Origin: Lama glama
Lineage: Eukaryota
DNA: 64,000 bases
Direction of reading: 5' to 3'
Assembly (NCBI GenBank): GCA_028534125.1
Contig: CM052816.1
Span: 28,956,001 to 29,020,000, forward strand
Shown here: in pieces, positions 1 through 13,638 of the stretch
How the letters are laid out: every line of letters starts with the position of its first letter
How positions within the stretch are numbered: position 1 is the first letter of the stretch
Program-made: the position numbers and the translations under genes
Notes under the pieces: model-generated
What the model was told of the DNA's origin: nothing
What the model saw: the letters and a program-made list of their open reading frames with translations, nothing else
Database searches by the model: none

Positions 1-306
1 TATTATTCAACCATAAAAAGAAGGAAATCTTGCCATTTCTGACAACATTGATGAACCTAGAGATCATTATGCTAAGTGAAATAAGCAAGACAGAGAAAGA
101 CAGATGCTGTATGAACTCATATGTGGAACCAAAACAAACTCATAGGAAAGAATAGATTGGTGGTTGCCTGGAGGTTGAAGGGATGGCAGGAATGAAGGTG
201 GTCACAGGATGCAAACTTTCAGTTACGTTCTGAGGATGTAATGGTCAGCATGGTGACTATCTAACAATATTCCATCATATATTTGAGACTTGCTAAGAGT
301 AGATCA

Positions 307-346
<40 letters not shown>

Positions 347-450
347 TAACTACATGAGGTGACAGATGTGTTAACTAATCTTATTATGGCAATCATTCTG
401 CAAGATAGATAAAGTCATTACATTATACATTTTGAACGTAAAAAGTGTCA
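1..450 (+). mobile_element. L1 3' end (ORF2 tail and 3' UTR, L1MA-like), cut by the window start
   Basis: Typical L1 3' motifs 'ccataaaaagaaggaaatcttgccattt', 'attatgctaagtgaaataagc', 'cagcatggtgactat', 'atgtgttaactaatctt'. Confidence 0.9.
308..341. repeat. (CA)17 microsatellite inside the L1 3' UTR
   Basis: Read directly. Confidence 0.97.
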
Positions 451-1289
451 TTTTAATACTAAATATTTTTTATGTTTTGCTATTTATAAAGTTAGTATTT
501 GAAAGAGAAAACATACATTTGTTTGGGAAAATGCATTAACTGTTGACACCCCACACATTTGGAGCCTATCCAGCAGGTAATCTGGGATGCTGGTGTGGAC
601 TCCATACTGTGGTACTCAACCCAAGAAAGCCCCATTAGAGCTGTGGTCTCCTTCCAAGCTAGTGATAAGCACAGCCTCTTAAACCAGTAAGTCATAGCCT
701 GAATATCATCAGCTTACCCAAATTTCAGGGTAACCAATTACCCAAATTGTAGGTCATGGTACTCCAAGTAAACAAACAGCCTCAGTAGCATAATTTAGTA
801 AACACAAATGTAGAAAATTACAGTAAATTACACTAGTAATCTTGAATTATTTTACATAACATGCAAACTTACTGAGTGCCTCATGGGAATAAACCCCAGG
901 AAGAGAGTCCTGATCTTCTAACGGCCAGGCTGTGACCTCTTGGGAAGAGGGGCCAAACCCTCCTTTCTGCTCTGAAGCAGGATTTCAAGCATGTTAAGAT
1001 TCTAGTGAAGCATTAGTCATTCTGTTTGACAAAGAGTAAAGCCTAGTCACAAACCCAAAGCATATAATGATTTTAAGAGTGGATGGCTTGGCAACAGAAT
1101 GACGGCAAATGATGAAAGATGAGAGTTAGAAAGTTGAGACTTGACTTAACCCAGGAACAAGGCTGGGTTGTTTACACTGTTACAAAGACTGCCCCGGAAA
1201 TTGAAGAGTGGTACTAATCTGTTAGGGGCTAAAGATGTATCATTTCTGTATGTCTGTTTTCCCCCAAAACAATCATTTCCTACCCAGAT

Positions 1290-1455
1290 TAACTCAACAA
1301 CCTCCTATTCTTGCCTCCAGTCCTGTCCTGCTGTAATATATTTTCCACACTTCAGACAGTGAACTTTCTGAAATGTAAATCGGATCACATCTTTCCACTG
1401 CTTTAAAATTCATAATTGGCTCCCTGTAGCCTGGAGGATCAAGTCCACACTTTAT
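1290..1455 (+). mobile_element. L2 fragment
   Basis: 'gtgaactttctgaaatgtaaatcggatcacatc...ctgctttaaaattc...tggctccc' resembles the L2 3' region. Confidence 0.65.
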
Positions 1456-1456
1456 T

Positions 1457-1910
1457 GTGTCTTAGTTTGAAACAAGTACCTGAGTGCAGTCTGGTTTTTT
1501 GGAGGTAATTCCTAGAGGCATACATAATTGAATCAAAGAAGTGAGACAGGGAAGGGAGAAAAGTCTATAAAGGGATGTGGCAGGTAACAAGCAGGTTAGC
1601 TCTGTAGACAACTGGGGCTCAGTTCCACTGCAGACACTTTGTATGTGGACATCTTAAAACTGTATAGGGACTAGGGCATTTACTCATTAACTACCACACT
1701 CATTTGCTGAGAGGGCTCCAAGACATAGCAACCCCCTTCCCAATTTGTACTGTTTGAAAGGGAGCCCTCTTCCTTGGTAGAGACAAAGATCTCAGGCACA
1801 AAAGAGAGAAGCAGATATTTCTATGATTGAAAGGCATCAATGTTCCAGACATTGTCTCATTTTTCAGCTGCAGGGTGAACTCAGGAAAGCTGAGCAGAGA
1901 TGGGTGAGAC
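1457..1910 (-). mobile_element. Ancient ERVL-class LTR (LTR16/LTR33-like)
   Basis: Reverse complement ends '...aattacctccaaaaaacc...tgcactcagg...aaactaagacaca', matching the ERVL LTR 3' terminus; far boundary approximate. Confidence 0.55.
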
Positions 1911-3789
1911 ACTCACGACTTTGCTTCCCAGGGCACAGCAGACCCTCATGTTCTGGCATGGAACTCAGCCAACTTATCTCTGGCTACTTGATCCTGTAAT
2001 TCACCTACCCAAAACTATCTGCAGTTTCTTAAATGGACTGCACCTTTCCAAAATTCCCAATTCACAGTTGTTCAACCTGGATCACTTCTCTCTGTGCCCC
2101 CTTCAGCTGGTTCATATTTTACGAGAGTGCTTATCTAGCATCATGTGGCAGTAACAATTTACATACCAAGTCTATCACAGCAAGTGGCATAGAAGGAGCA
2201 CTCGCGTGTTTATTGAAGAAAAACAAAAAGAACAAAACAATCCCTGGATGGTGGTGACATTGCTGATAACAAATGAACATGCTTACCCTGATGGGATCTT
2301 GTAGAATAGTCCCATCTGCAAGGGAGGCAGACAAAGTACTAGTGTATTGAAATACAATGTTTCAATATTGCTGGATGATACTGTGACAGGTAGACAAACC
2401 AAATCCTTAAATATGGTTAAGAGAAACAAGTTTGGACATTTTTGAGCTCAAGTTGGAGGTTTGCTCTGAGTCTGAGGTTCTTAGAAGGACCCGAATGATT
2501 TGTTTCTTTCATTTACTGTCTAAAGAGATACTGTTAAATACCCGCCCAACTGGATGTATTCTCCCCTGGGAGATTTGGAGAGTGGTCCAGGGAGCCCCAC
2601 TGCTACTACTACTTGGCAAAGTTATCACTTCTGCCTTCATAAACATACAGTGAATTAGGGGGGAAAAAAACCCTATCAAGAGAATTAAATGCTCAGATTC
2701 ACTGAAATGTCACAGAGGCAGGATGTTGGGTGAGATCTGTAGGGGACTCAAGAACCTGTTGACCTTGCTTCTAAATCTAGGGGCAGGCTTTGTTTGAGCT
2801 CATCTGCATCTTATAATTGGCCTAATCCCTTTAGGCTGGTGATAGATCTTGGTAGGATACTCATCTGGGAATCAAAAGTTGTCACAGGACCCATCTATTA
2901 CCATTTGACCTACTCAGGAGGCATGCTATAAATCTGTAGGAATAGGATATGTGGGTATCACTGTTTTGTGAGGGTAAAGACAGATTTTAGAATTGATGTA
3001 TCTTACATATACCTTCAGCAGAAGTGAAGGCAAGCTGTCAAAGCCAGGCTGTTTAGGCAAAAAAGTGGATTTCTTTTTTTAATTTTCTATTTGGAACTAA
3101 AACACCCTTTTGCCACATAGGTATTGGTGTGTTCACAAGTAGATAAATTGGGGTCAGGGTCCTGAGTTATCCCCTGGAAAGGTGAATCCAAGATTTCTTT
3201 GAGCAAACAGAAGAATAGCACCTGGACTCTTTGCAATGGTACATGTGAAATACGAGTTAACTAATGAAATACTCTGCTGAAAATAAACTCCCAATGCAAA
3301 GCACCCACAAGCAAAACAGAGCAGATGAAGGTGACAAGGAGATTCATGGATGGCTGAAGAGCCAGGCCCAGGTCTTCACACAAAATGAAATCTTTTATTC
3401 AGACACAGCCTGGATCAGAAGGTAAAAGAGGAACCAATAATCTATTGTTTGTGCTAACAAATGACAGAACACATTTTAAAAAAAAATTCAATGATTACTT
3501 TTTCAGCTATGGAATGTTTGAGAGCTATAGTCCAAAGGCCAACACAGAAAATTGTTCTAGCAATATGCCTCTTACCAAACGAATGTTAATCATCCTCATT
3601 TATAGAGTCTCATAAATGCATACAACCAAAAAGAACAGAAGGTGTTAATGACTAAACTCTGACTCATTTCTTTCACTCTGTACATGAAGTCTATTGCCAA
3701 AACCTATTGTTCCTTAAATATCTCCTGCAATTATACCTTTCATATTTACTATCTGTGTGGTTTACAACACACATACATGATGTTAGTGG

Positions 3790-3935
3790 AGCCACAACAG
3801 CACCACGACACCATTTTACAGATGCAAAAAACCGGCCACCAGCAGTATTAGGGAACTGGTTCAATGTCACCCAAATAGTAAAAGGTACAATCTCAATTCC
3901 TCAGCTGGACAGTTGTCTTTAAGGCCCCATCTAGC
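3790..3935 (-). mobile_element. MIR SINE
   Basis: 'ccattttacagatgcaaaaa...ggttcaatgtcacccaaatagtaa' MIR core. Confidence 0.7.
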
Positions 3936-5199
3936 TCTAAAATCCTTCTCTTCATTTGTCTGCCCCTGTCTCTAGCATCAGAATTGACCATCTCTTACCT
4001 ACTCAACTACGATTTCTTTTTTGTCTGACAGCAGTAACCTCGGGGAGCAAATCTTCTTTATTTAAGCCTCTCAGCCTGTCACACTACTCTCTAAGGCATC
4101 AAATAGCTCTTTTGGGTCTTGAGTTCATAGTCAAGATGTTCAGCCAGTAAAGACTGGATTATATGTCTGGTGTCACCCAACTTGGGCCTGGCCACTCCTA
4201 CACAGTTTATCACGGTTCCATCTACAGATTCCCCCCTTCCTGATCCCCCACTGTGAGGTTTCCCAAAGCTGATTTACAAACGTATGCATTTGACTTCATT
4301 CCACCTAACTGCCTACAGCTTCCTCTGCTTCTGTTTCCATTTAATCAACACTGAAAGTCTCCCTCAAAACAGCAGTTATGCCAGCTCCTGGCCTGGCGTG
4401 GCCTAGTCCTGTGTGAAAGTGGAAATAGCATGTTACTGCTATCTGCCTCAGACACAAACTCCTGCAGGGCAGGGACAATGCTTAATCATCTGCACTTTGT
4501 AGAAATCAGAAAATAAGCCCTAAAAATGTGTTAAAGAGAGGAAAACAAACACTTTTATTTTTGTTGCCATTTGATATTTCTGTATGTCATGTTTTGAAAT
4601 TATTTTGTTTAAAATACAAACCGGAACAAATCTCAAGAGGCTGTTACAAAAGTCACCCTAAAAACCATCCCCATTCCCAGAAAACGAAGCCTCTGGATAT
4701 TTTACTTTGATGACTCAATATTTAAGGGAAATTTGTAGAAAGCGATGTTATTTTTTTAACATGTTCATACATGTCCTTTCCATTTTGCATTGTGGGTTTG
4801 TGTATCACAAAATACAAAGCACAAACAATCTTCCATTGTAAAAGTACAGTTACATGATTTTTTCCCCCACCATTATATCCCTGGCACCTCGACGACTTAC
4901 AATAAATATGAAATTGAATTTTAATAAAATTGCATTTTTATTTCTAAGTCATGAGCACAATCCAAGGTTTAACTGTGTAATCTCAATTCCATGCATGATA
5001 CATTTTCAAAGGTTGGGGTGCTAATTTGAAGGTGGTTGGTTCAGACAACTAGGTTCAGCCCTGCATAAGTTTACTCAACTCCTGGAAACAGAACTGAAGT
5101 GACTCATGTTTAAGGTCATACAAAAGATCCCACAGCTGTCTTAGGGATACACTTCTGATTCATTTCTCATTTCCAGTAAGCTTCAAAAGACAGAAAGTT

Positions 5200-6460
5200 C
5201 CTTCACAGCCATTCTCTCCTTTCTAATCCCACAATCATCTGCCTGACCCAAGCCCCCAGCTCCTCAGAGTCACAGCAGCAGACTTCACAGACTTCCCTGA
5301 CTCTCAGATTTAGCAATTTGGAAACATTATTCCCAGTACTGCCAAACACATGGTTCTTAATAAGCATACTCTGTCACTACACTTCCCCAAACTATTATGC
5401 TCCATGAATCTCCTCTCCATAAACTCAAACCCCCTCCTCTGACTTTTAGTACTTTCTGTAACCCAGCTGAAGGAATTCAGGTAGAATTCTCAACTTCATC
5501 CTTCTCTTGCCAGCTCCCCTCCTAAATTAAGTTCTGACCTACCACCGAGTCCTGTCTCTTCTACTCTCAAGTCCAAGCTAGTAGCATCTCTCTCTCTTTC
5601 TCAGACTACAGCAAGCCTGTATCATTTCCTGGTTTTTACTTACAGGACAACACAGTGATTAAGGGCTGTTGCAGTGTCTAGTGTCTTCCTACCTTTATCT
5701 CTAAATTGGGGATAGTAACAGTACCTACCTCAGTGGGCTTTTATGTGTAGAGTGCTTAGAATACTGTATGACACATAGTAAGTGCTATGTAGGTAGTAGC
5801 TTGGTGATGATGGTGATGAGTGATCTGCCCAATTTACTGTATAAAAATCAGAATAATCTTACAGATATATATCATATGTGATAATAATTTTGCTTAAAAC
5901 TCTCCATAGAATTTCCATTAATGACTCTAAGAACAAAATCCAAATTCTCTACTCTGACTACCAAATGTCCATCATGATCTGGGTCCTTTCTATCTGTCTA
6001 ATTCATCTTGAGCCACTCACCCCTTCCTTACTTGACTCCAGGATCTAAATTCCTGTTAGGTTTTAGAACCCATCAATCTCCTTCTGTGTTATCTTTCCTC
6101 TCCTCACCCCTTTACCTACCTGGTTCCATCTCAACATTTAGATCTTGGCTTGAAAGTCAACTCCTTAGAGATGTTTTCTGTCACCACCCCTCTAAAATAT
6201 CCTCCCATCGCCAATGCTCACTGCTACAGCAACTAGCTTCTACCTTCTTCATCATATTAGTAGTATTAGTACTACAATTACTTACCACAAACTTGTTTCT
6301 TGTATTTGATTACTTGTGGTTTTGGGGTTTTTGCTTGTTGTACCCAACTAGAACGTGAGTCACATGAGGGCAGTGTATCACATCTGACTTGTCCACAACT
6401 GACTCACCGGCACTGGCTAGAACCTATTACACAGTGTGCATACCATCATTAATTGTGGAA
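5200..6460 (+). mobile_element. L2 3' region, interrupted by a MIR (~5645-5800)
   Basis: L2 tail 'actagaacgtgagtcacatgagggcag...ctagaacct'; MIR core 'ctctaaattggggatagtaacagtacctacctca...agtgcttagaa'. Confidence 0.7.
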
Positions 6461-7649
6461 TATACTATTGATGGCTTTAACATTATTCAACTATTTGTCT
6501 CTACTCCCAGATTCTTGCTCTCCACTGTGTTCAGTACAACTGCCTCCTCTTTGTATCAAGGTACACTATTTCCATCTCTGAGATTTCACTCTGCTCTCTT
6601 GACAGGAATACTCAACCCTTCCAGTTTGGTCTGTCAAAACTCTGATGATATCATCTTGCCCTTACAGAGCTTTTGCTCCTTAGCATTTCTATATCACTTA
6701 AAATTTCTCCACAAATTATAATCCTTATCTATACACAACAATATTCTAATTTTTTAATATGTATGACCATAATTTCTTCAACAAAACTCTGAATATATAT
6801 ATTTGTATATATACTTACTTATCCCTAGAGTTACAAAGTCAAAAAACAGAACATTGATAAAGATTTAGAATTAGGTAATTTTATATTTATTAGATTTATT
6901 AGATATCTTTGATAACTTTAAAAGGATCTTAAAGAAAGCTAAGACCCATCTGTGTATACTAAAATTCCAAATATCCACCCCCAACAAAGCTTTCATCTTT
7001 AACACCTTAACATATATTTTTTTTAAAAAATAAATGTATTTCTCCAACCCAAAAGATACTTTTGTAAGTTTTATAAGAATTTGGTTTTGCTTGGGTGGTG
7101 ATGACACCTAAGCTTCCCAAAGTATTCCAGGCTCTAAAAATTGCAGGAACAAAACATACTGGAGACCATATGGAAATAAGTTCTGCAAGAATTCTGTGTA
7201 GTTAGCATCTGCTTCTGTCAAAATTGGAGCAGAAAATGATAAACCTGGCTTTTGATTTCTTCTCTTAGGCTAATGCTTCAAGGATAGTTTAATCAAAGAA
7301 TACTACTAGAAAGTGTTTTGCCATTTGCCACGATCTTAATAGCTGAGTCATTTATTTTTTAAAGTTCAATGATCACTCATGCTTGGTTCTCATTTAATTC
7401 AAACTGGTTAATTTCTTTCATCAAGGCCTCAGTTTCAGTACAAACACCTGTAATTCTGAGTATCAGTGCTACTGACTCATGCATCTTTGTTTACCAAACT
7501 CAGAGATCAAGTGTAACAGTAACCTTCATAAACGTTCTTAACCCTCAAAGCCAAAGGAAGGCTTAAATTTGTGACCAGGACTGTTTCTGAATCTCTGCAT
7601 AGCCTCAGCTTCTCCTACGTACCAGTTTTGCTCTAGGGACCACTTATCC

Positions 7650-7760
7650 TCACACTCAACAAAAACACGGGCAGCCAGCTCTTTGCCAGGCATTGTTCTG
7701 GGTGCTACTGACACTGAGGTAAAAGACAGGCAAGGTCAGTGTTCTCCAAGGAGCTTTGTT
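7650..7760 (-). mobile_element. L2 3' terminus
   Basis: 'cactcaacaaa...gccaggcattgttctgggtgct...aagacaggcaaggtc'. Confidence 0.6.
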
Positions 7761-8199
7761 GCATTCCACTGGTGATCTTAGCTCTTTCTTCTCTGACTGA
7801 CAATCATACTACAAGATCTCAATGTCTTTTTCTCATTCTTTACCTCTCTCAATGCTGAAAGACAAAATAAAATCTCCTTTTTTGCTATCATTTACCTCCT
7901 TTATTCTCTTTTTAATTTATAATTTTTTCTTCTAAATTGTCAAATCTTTCTCATCAAACCATGTTTATAACTCTAAGATGTCATGAATTATGAGAACATG
8001 CCATTTCATGTACCACTAAGAGCAAAAATGTCTGACAATTAAATTATGTCACAATTTTTTATCACTTACAATTTTATGTTTACTTTTATTTTTATTGAAG
8101 TATCATTGATTTATGATATTCATTTGCAATTTTATATTTCAAAAAGAGTTCATTTGAAATTATTTAGATATAAATGTTTAATAAATCACTGATGTTTAT

Positions 8200-8570
8200 A
8201 TGAAAATATAAACATAACAAATTATCTCTAAATTTTCTTTACATTCATTCCTAATTACTAATCAATTCAGTCATTAAGGTCTATAATTTTCCATATAGAA
8301 CAGTCCTCTCTGTCATCAAGATCCATGGTGAAACAGCGTTTTTTAATTGTGCTTCATTATTGTCTTCAGGATTCTCTTGCAAGTCGCAGATCAGATGAGC
8401 ATCAGTATCACTATACAGATATATATCTGTATATATACAAATTTATGCCTATGTATAAGCAGTAACAAATACATCACAATTGTTGCCTAAGTGACAGCAA
8501 TTTCATGACACATTTTGACCTCACACATCAAAATGTAAAAAGAAATGTGGTTCTTAGAAATGGTGAAATA
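8200..8570 (-). mobile_element. TcMar-Tc2 (Kanga1-like) DNA transposon fragment
   Basis: Minus strand reads 'gaatcctgaagacaataatgaagcac...aaacgctgtttcacc...tcttgatgacagagaggac' (Kanga transposase tail); TIR-like 'aaaatgtaaaaagaaatgtggttcttagaaatggtgaaata'. Confidence 0.55.
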
Positions 8571-9312
8571 TATATAACACTAAAAATGTAAGCCAATTTG
8601 TTTAAAATGTGCATTATAGCTACAAACTTTACAAGAAAAATACTCCTGCTGCTCCACATTGAAGAGCAATGTTTGTCTCATGCAGGTAAGCAATAAACAA
8701 AGGGTGAGTTCCAAAGCTATGTTAAAAACTGCCCAAATGAGATCATTCCCATCAATTCCAAAGGTAGAAACAAGAAATGTGTTCGCCTTCCTAAGTGTCT
8801 GCTGTTTGCTGCCTGAGGAAATGGCTCACAAGTGAAATGAAGATCTGAGACTGCCTACAGAATCAGCTTTGCCAAGAACCTGAATTTAGCACTGTAAAAT
8901 CCTAGAGCTGGTAGAGCATTTGTAGGATGTCTGGTCCCAGTATCTTCCCTTGGCACTGAGGAGACCCCAGCCTGCAGTCAGAGAGACAGACACGAGATCT
9001 CAAGCTCCCTGGGTCTTGTGCCATTCCTCCTTCTCCCACACACTGCAGGCCTTCTCGGGAAGTAATTCAAGCACTTCCAGAAGAGAAGTGGTACCCCATT
9101 CACCCTCCTCATGTGATACTGTTTGGCATTGGAAGGACACTGCAATATTGCTCTTCTGGGCATGACTGTAAAGGACTGAAAGCAGCTTTTCAAACATTCT
9201 TAAAGCAGAATTTGAAACGATCTAAGGACCTCTAGGAAAGATAGAGCTGACTGATACTTTACCATGTACATCCTGCAGACTGATAGTAGGAATCACAAAT
9301 GTGGAGCAACAG

Positions 9313-9517
9313 ACAGGGAAACTGGATCAAACTTTACCTGCCACCTGTTTTTGAGAATAAAGTTTTGTCGGAACATTCACATCCATTTGTCTCTGTACTG
9401 TCTGTGGCCGTTTTCAAGCTATGACAACACTTGAGTAGTTACAATGGAGACCACATGGCCCAGAAAGCCACAATTATTTACTATGTGACTTTTACAGAAA
9501 AAGTTGGCCGTCTCCTT
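9313..9517 (-). mobile_element. MER58A-like hAT-Charlie MITE
   Basis: 'ccacctgtttttg...aataaagtttt...ttgagtagttacaatggagaccacatggccc...ctttacagaaaaagttgg'. Confidence 0.85.
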
Positions 9518-9700
9518 AACTAGAAGAGAGATTTTTAAGAACAGAGGGCAGGTGTAACAACAGGCTGCAGCTTCAGGCTCCAGAATAGATTTTATGGGTT
9601 GACAATATGGCAACATACAAGGAACCAGGGCACTCACTGCCCATACCTCATATTCATAATTCATCACCCCACAGAACAGAATTCGCACACACATAACATA

Positions 9701-9722
9701 CACACACACACACACACACACA
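9701..9722. repeat. (CA)11 microsatellite
   Basis: Read directly. Confidence 0.95.
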
Positions 9723-10333
9723 AGCACACTTTCAGGAAAAAAGGAGTGGCTTTCATTCAGTTATCTGCCATGGCCAACCTTGTTGTCACACTCTAATTAA
9801 ATGATACATTTATTTCTTCAGGTAAAAAGAATTCTTCAGTTAGCCTCTTGATTCATTTACATGTTTCCCAAAACCCTTTTCCAGGTAGGTTAAGCTCTGA
9901 CTCCAAACTTCCAGTGCTCCCACTGCTGAGTCCTCCAAAACTGCCATCTGTACCTCTGCCTTACTTCTACAATAAAATTCAACATCGACAGACATCGATA
10001 CTTTACCATGTACATCCTGCAGACAGCAAATCCCTATAAACATAAACAGGCTACAGAAGTTCTATTAATAAAAAATATTATAAATTAAAAATACTGCTTT
10101 TATTTTCATCCAAAAACTTATGAATATGTATGACTTTTTAGAATATAATCTTAATGGTTATCAAGAGCTGAGGCTTTTGGTATAACTGTGCTCCTGACAT
10201 AGCATACAAATACCCACTAATGTTAAGCAAATCAAGGAATCGCCTTGATGGTGAAAACTCAACAGGACTCTTTGAGCATTATCAATATAAATGAATCAAG
10301 AATTTAGCTCACAAAAGAAGAATCACTGGATTT

Positions 10334-10519
10334 TTTTAATTGACATATAGTCAGTTTACAATGTGATAATTTCTAGTGTACAGCATAATGTTTCAGTCAT
10401 ACATATAAATATATATATTTGTTTTCATATTTTCATTATAGGTTACTACAAGATACTATAGTTCCCTGTGCTATACAGAAGAAACTTGTTGTTTATCTGT
10501 TTTATATATACTAGTTAAT
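10334..10519 (-). mobile_element. 5'-truncated L1 3' end with 19-bp TSD
   Basis: 'tagttccctgtgctatacag' L1 3' UTR in reverse; identical flanks aagaagaatcactggattt at 10315-10333 and 10520-10538. Confidence 0.92.
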
Positions 10520-13500
10520 AAGAAGAATCACTGGATTTATTAGTAAATCAATGCAGAGAGCAGCTATAAATAAAAAGTAAAGATTATTCCTTAGAAAATA
10601 TTGTGGGACTTGCAGAATTAGAATTTGGGAAATGGTGCAACCTCTAAACTGATGGGGTAATCAGCTAGATGGAAAATACATACCTAAATAAACGCCTCTT
10701 TAAGTGCACAATTTCCCATGGCCTTACTGTGCCACCTGCTAATATTTCACAGGCAGTCCCTACAAGGCAATTCATTAAATGAGTCCCTCAACCACACTTT
10801 AAAAAAAAATATTCTGAACTCTAATTGATTCTGTAAACTTTCCAACAGAGAGCTTCATGTATGCTAATAGTATTGGCCAGCAAACATCCCTAACAATTTC
10901 GCCTGGGTAAGTAAACCTAAGAGAGGTTGGCAGTCAGCCCCACTGAGGTTCTCCTAAGCCTGAAAGAATGCCTTTAAATCCAGCAATTGGTGAAAATACC
11001 CCTTTGGATATTCACACTTTCCAATCCCTCATTTTTCCTCCCAGCTTGATTTAGAGCATTTTGGTTCACTTGCTCTCAATCCAAATGAAAATAAACTTAT
11101 TGAGGATTTAGAAGAAGATATAAAAAACCTGGGGATGCTAAGGAGAAATACAAGAAAAAGAAATACGGCAGTGGGACATAAGACAGAAACCTGCAAGAGT
11201 TGCAGAACGAAGGAAAACATACTTACTTGAATAAAGAAAAATAGTATCTGAAAAGTAAGAAGCCGGATGGAGCAGAAGACGAGAGGGTGGGGAACAGAGG
11301 AATGAGTAAATACCACGCTCATATGGAGAACCCAGAACTGTGAGAGCCTGTAAACATTGGAATGATTTCACAGTCTCGTTGGGGGAGTTGTAAAATGTTT
11401 TGTTCCGGGAAATGTTTACACAAAAGGTAGGTAAATTGATGCAGAGAAGTAATTTCGTTGACATCTCTAGATGTCCTTCCAACTCTGATTCTATAAATTT
11501 GTAACTTAAGAATGACTAAGGTGATGCCAAAAAATAAAAACAAAAGAACCCATGCTTATGTGAAGCACACGCACAAGATTTATGGTATGCCTCAGAACTT
11601 TTTTTCCAGAGTAACATGGAGTGAATTTCAAATGCATTGTCCTCTGCTGGTAATCATTTGTTTAAGTGCTAAGAGTGACTCAGTGCAATTGTGTCACAAT
11701 ATTCAGTCTAGACACGTAATTGCCCTTTTGGCTTTCTTCATATTCTAGGTCCAATTTGCTTCAACTCCAAATAGATGCCTCATCAGCTTTCCAACAGTCT
11801 TCTTAAAAATATCACAATTTCTACAAACTCTACAGATTATTTCCATATTCTTAATGACAGGCCTAGCCCATGTGAAACCAGATAAAGAACTTTTTTTTCC
11901 AAATTTCCCAAAGTGCTCATCCACTCTAACGCAATTTCATTCTACATTATGAGGTATGCCTTCCTGCGAAGCAGCAGCAGACATAGATTTTCATTTCCAT
12001 GCGATATAATCAGTTAAATTTGGTGAACGTGGGATTATTCTGCATTTTATCTCATTTATCCGAGTTAGTATATGTACCTATTTTCCTTTCGGTCTGTCAC
12101 ACAAACAAACAAAAAAGTTCATGTTAATTTCTCATGATGCAAATCAAAGTGAGGCTCTAATAACCAACATGCTTCACAGTAACCACATTCCTCAGAATCT
12201 CATCCTTTATTACTTCCCAATTTATAGGTGTCTTTTATTAGAGGTAACATTTGTATTTTGAAGGCTGACTTTCAATCACACATGGTATGCAAAAGCTTTG
12301 TAGGATTCAAACCTGGCTGAAATTTCTACCAGGATTATATTTAGACTACTGTTTCCCACTATCATTTTAAGTGAGCTTGTAAGTGAGCTTTTTTTTTTTT
12401 TTTTTCCCACTCTGAATGGTACTGAACTACCCAGTCATTATTTCTTTGGGCAACCTCTGCTATTTTCTGTTCCCCTTTTCCTTTTACTCCAGTAATTACT
12501 TGCTTTCAATTCTTTTTATAGGCCAAACAATTCATCACATATATTCAGTATTTTCTCATAATTTTCACTCTAAATACTGTCTCTGACAACTCGCCAATAT
12601 CCCATTGGGTCCCACTATTTCTGCTTTTATTTAAATGCTAATTATTGCAGTCTTGGGCATTTTGGAAGGATTAATCAGTACATGGGAAAACTGATGGTCC
12701 CAAAATTTTAAGGTCATTAACCCAGCTAGTCATTAACTCTCAAAAAATGTCCTTATAGGAAAGGTGATTATTGTTCTTTGTAGCATCTTTAATTAAAAAA
12801 ATAAAAAAGAACCTATTTCCCTGGTACAACTGGTTTTCAGACGTAATAGGATTCATGAATTTAAAACAAATTTAAGAAATGTCAAAGAATAATTTTAAGA
12901 TATTATGTCAGAGAGCCATTTTAATTTTATGCAAGGGAAACCAATAAACATTAACTACTGACAGAAGCAGAAGAGAAGGAGAAAACATAATCGTTTGAGA
13001 AGAGTAAACCTTGTTTCCCCTCCCCTCCACCTTGGGTAGGCAGTAAGTAACAAAGAGCCAATCAAAATACAAAGAAACAGTTTCACCCATTTATGGATGC
13101 TCTGAAAATTAGGGCGAGTTTTGCAGTGAGGTACATGCAACCCATCCCTGTGCAATGGCTCTGGGCTCTTCATCATATAAGAATTCCTCAGTTCCCCCCA
13201 ATTTGATCAAACTCAGCTCCCAAGTCCAATTGGCCATCAGGCCCTCCTACACAGAATGTTGAACTGAACACTGCTTGGGGCAAAGTGGCTTTCTATTAGC
13301 ACGTAAACATGTGAACATAAATCGCAAAGTTGGACAAAAAGCTTATGGATGTACCCTCTTGTGTCATCATCATCTTGATGTGACTCCATGAGTTCTTGAG
13401 CAGTTTCTTACATCTGGCATAAGACATGATAGGATCTCCTTATAATTTCCTGCCCAGACCCAAGTCAGCCATTTCTCTAGGGACCCTCCTTCCTTTCTGT

Positions 13501-13638
13501 TGCAGAATTTATTTAGAAAATAAATTCTGGGCACTAGGTGTGTTCACTGCTATAAGGGTATTCTTATTTCTAGACCTTTCCAGTTTATAGAGCAAGAAAA
13601 TACACTATGCTTTCAAGTCAAAGTCAAAACCACCAGAT

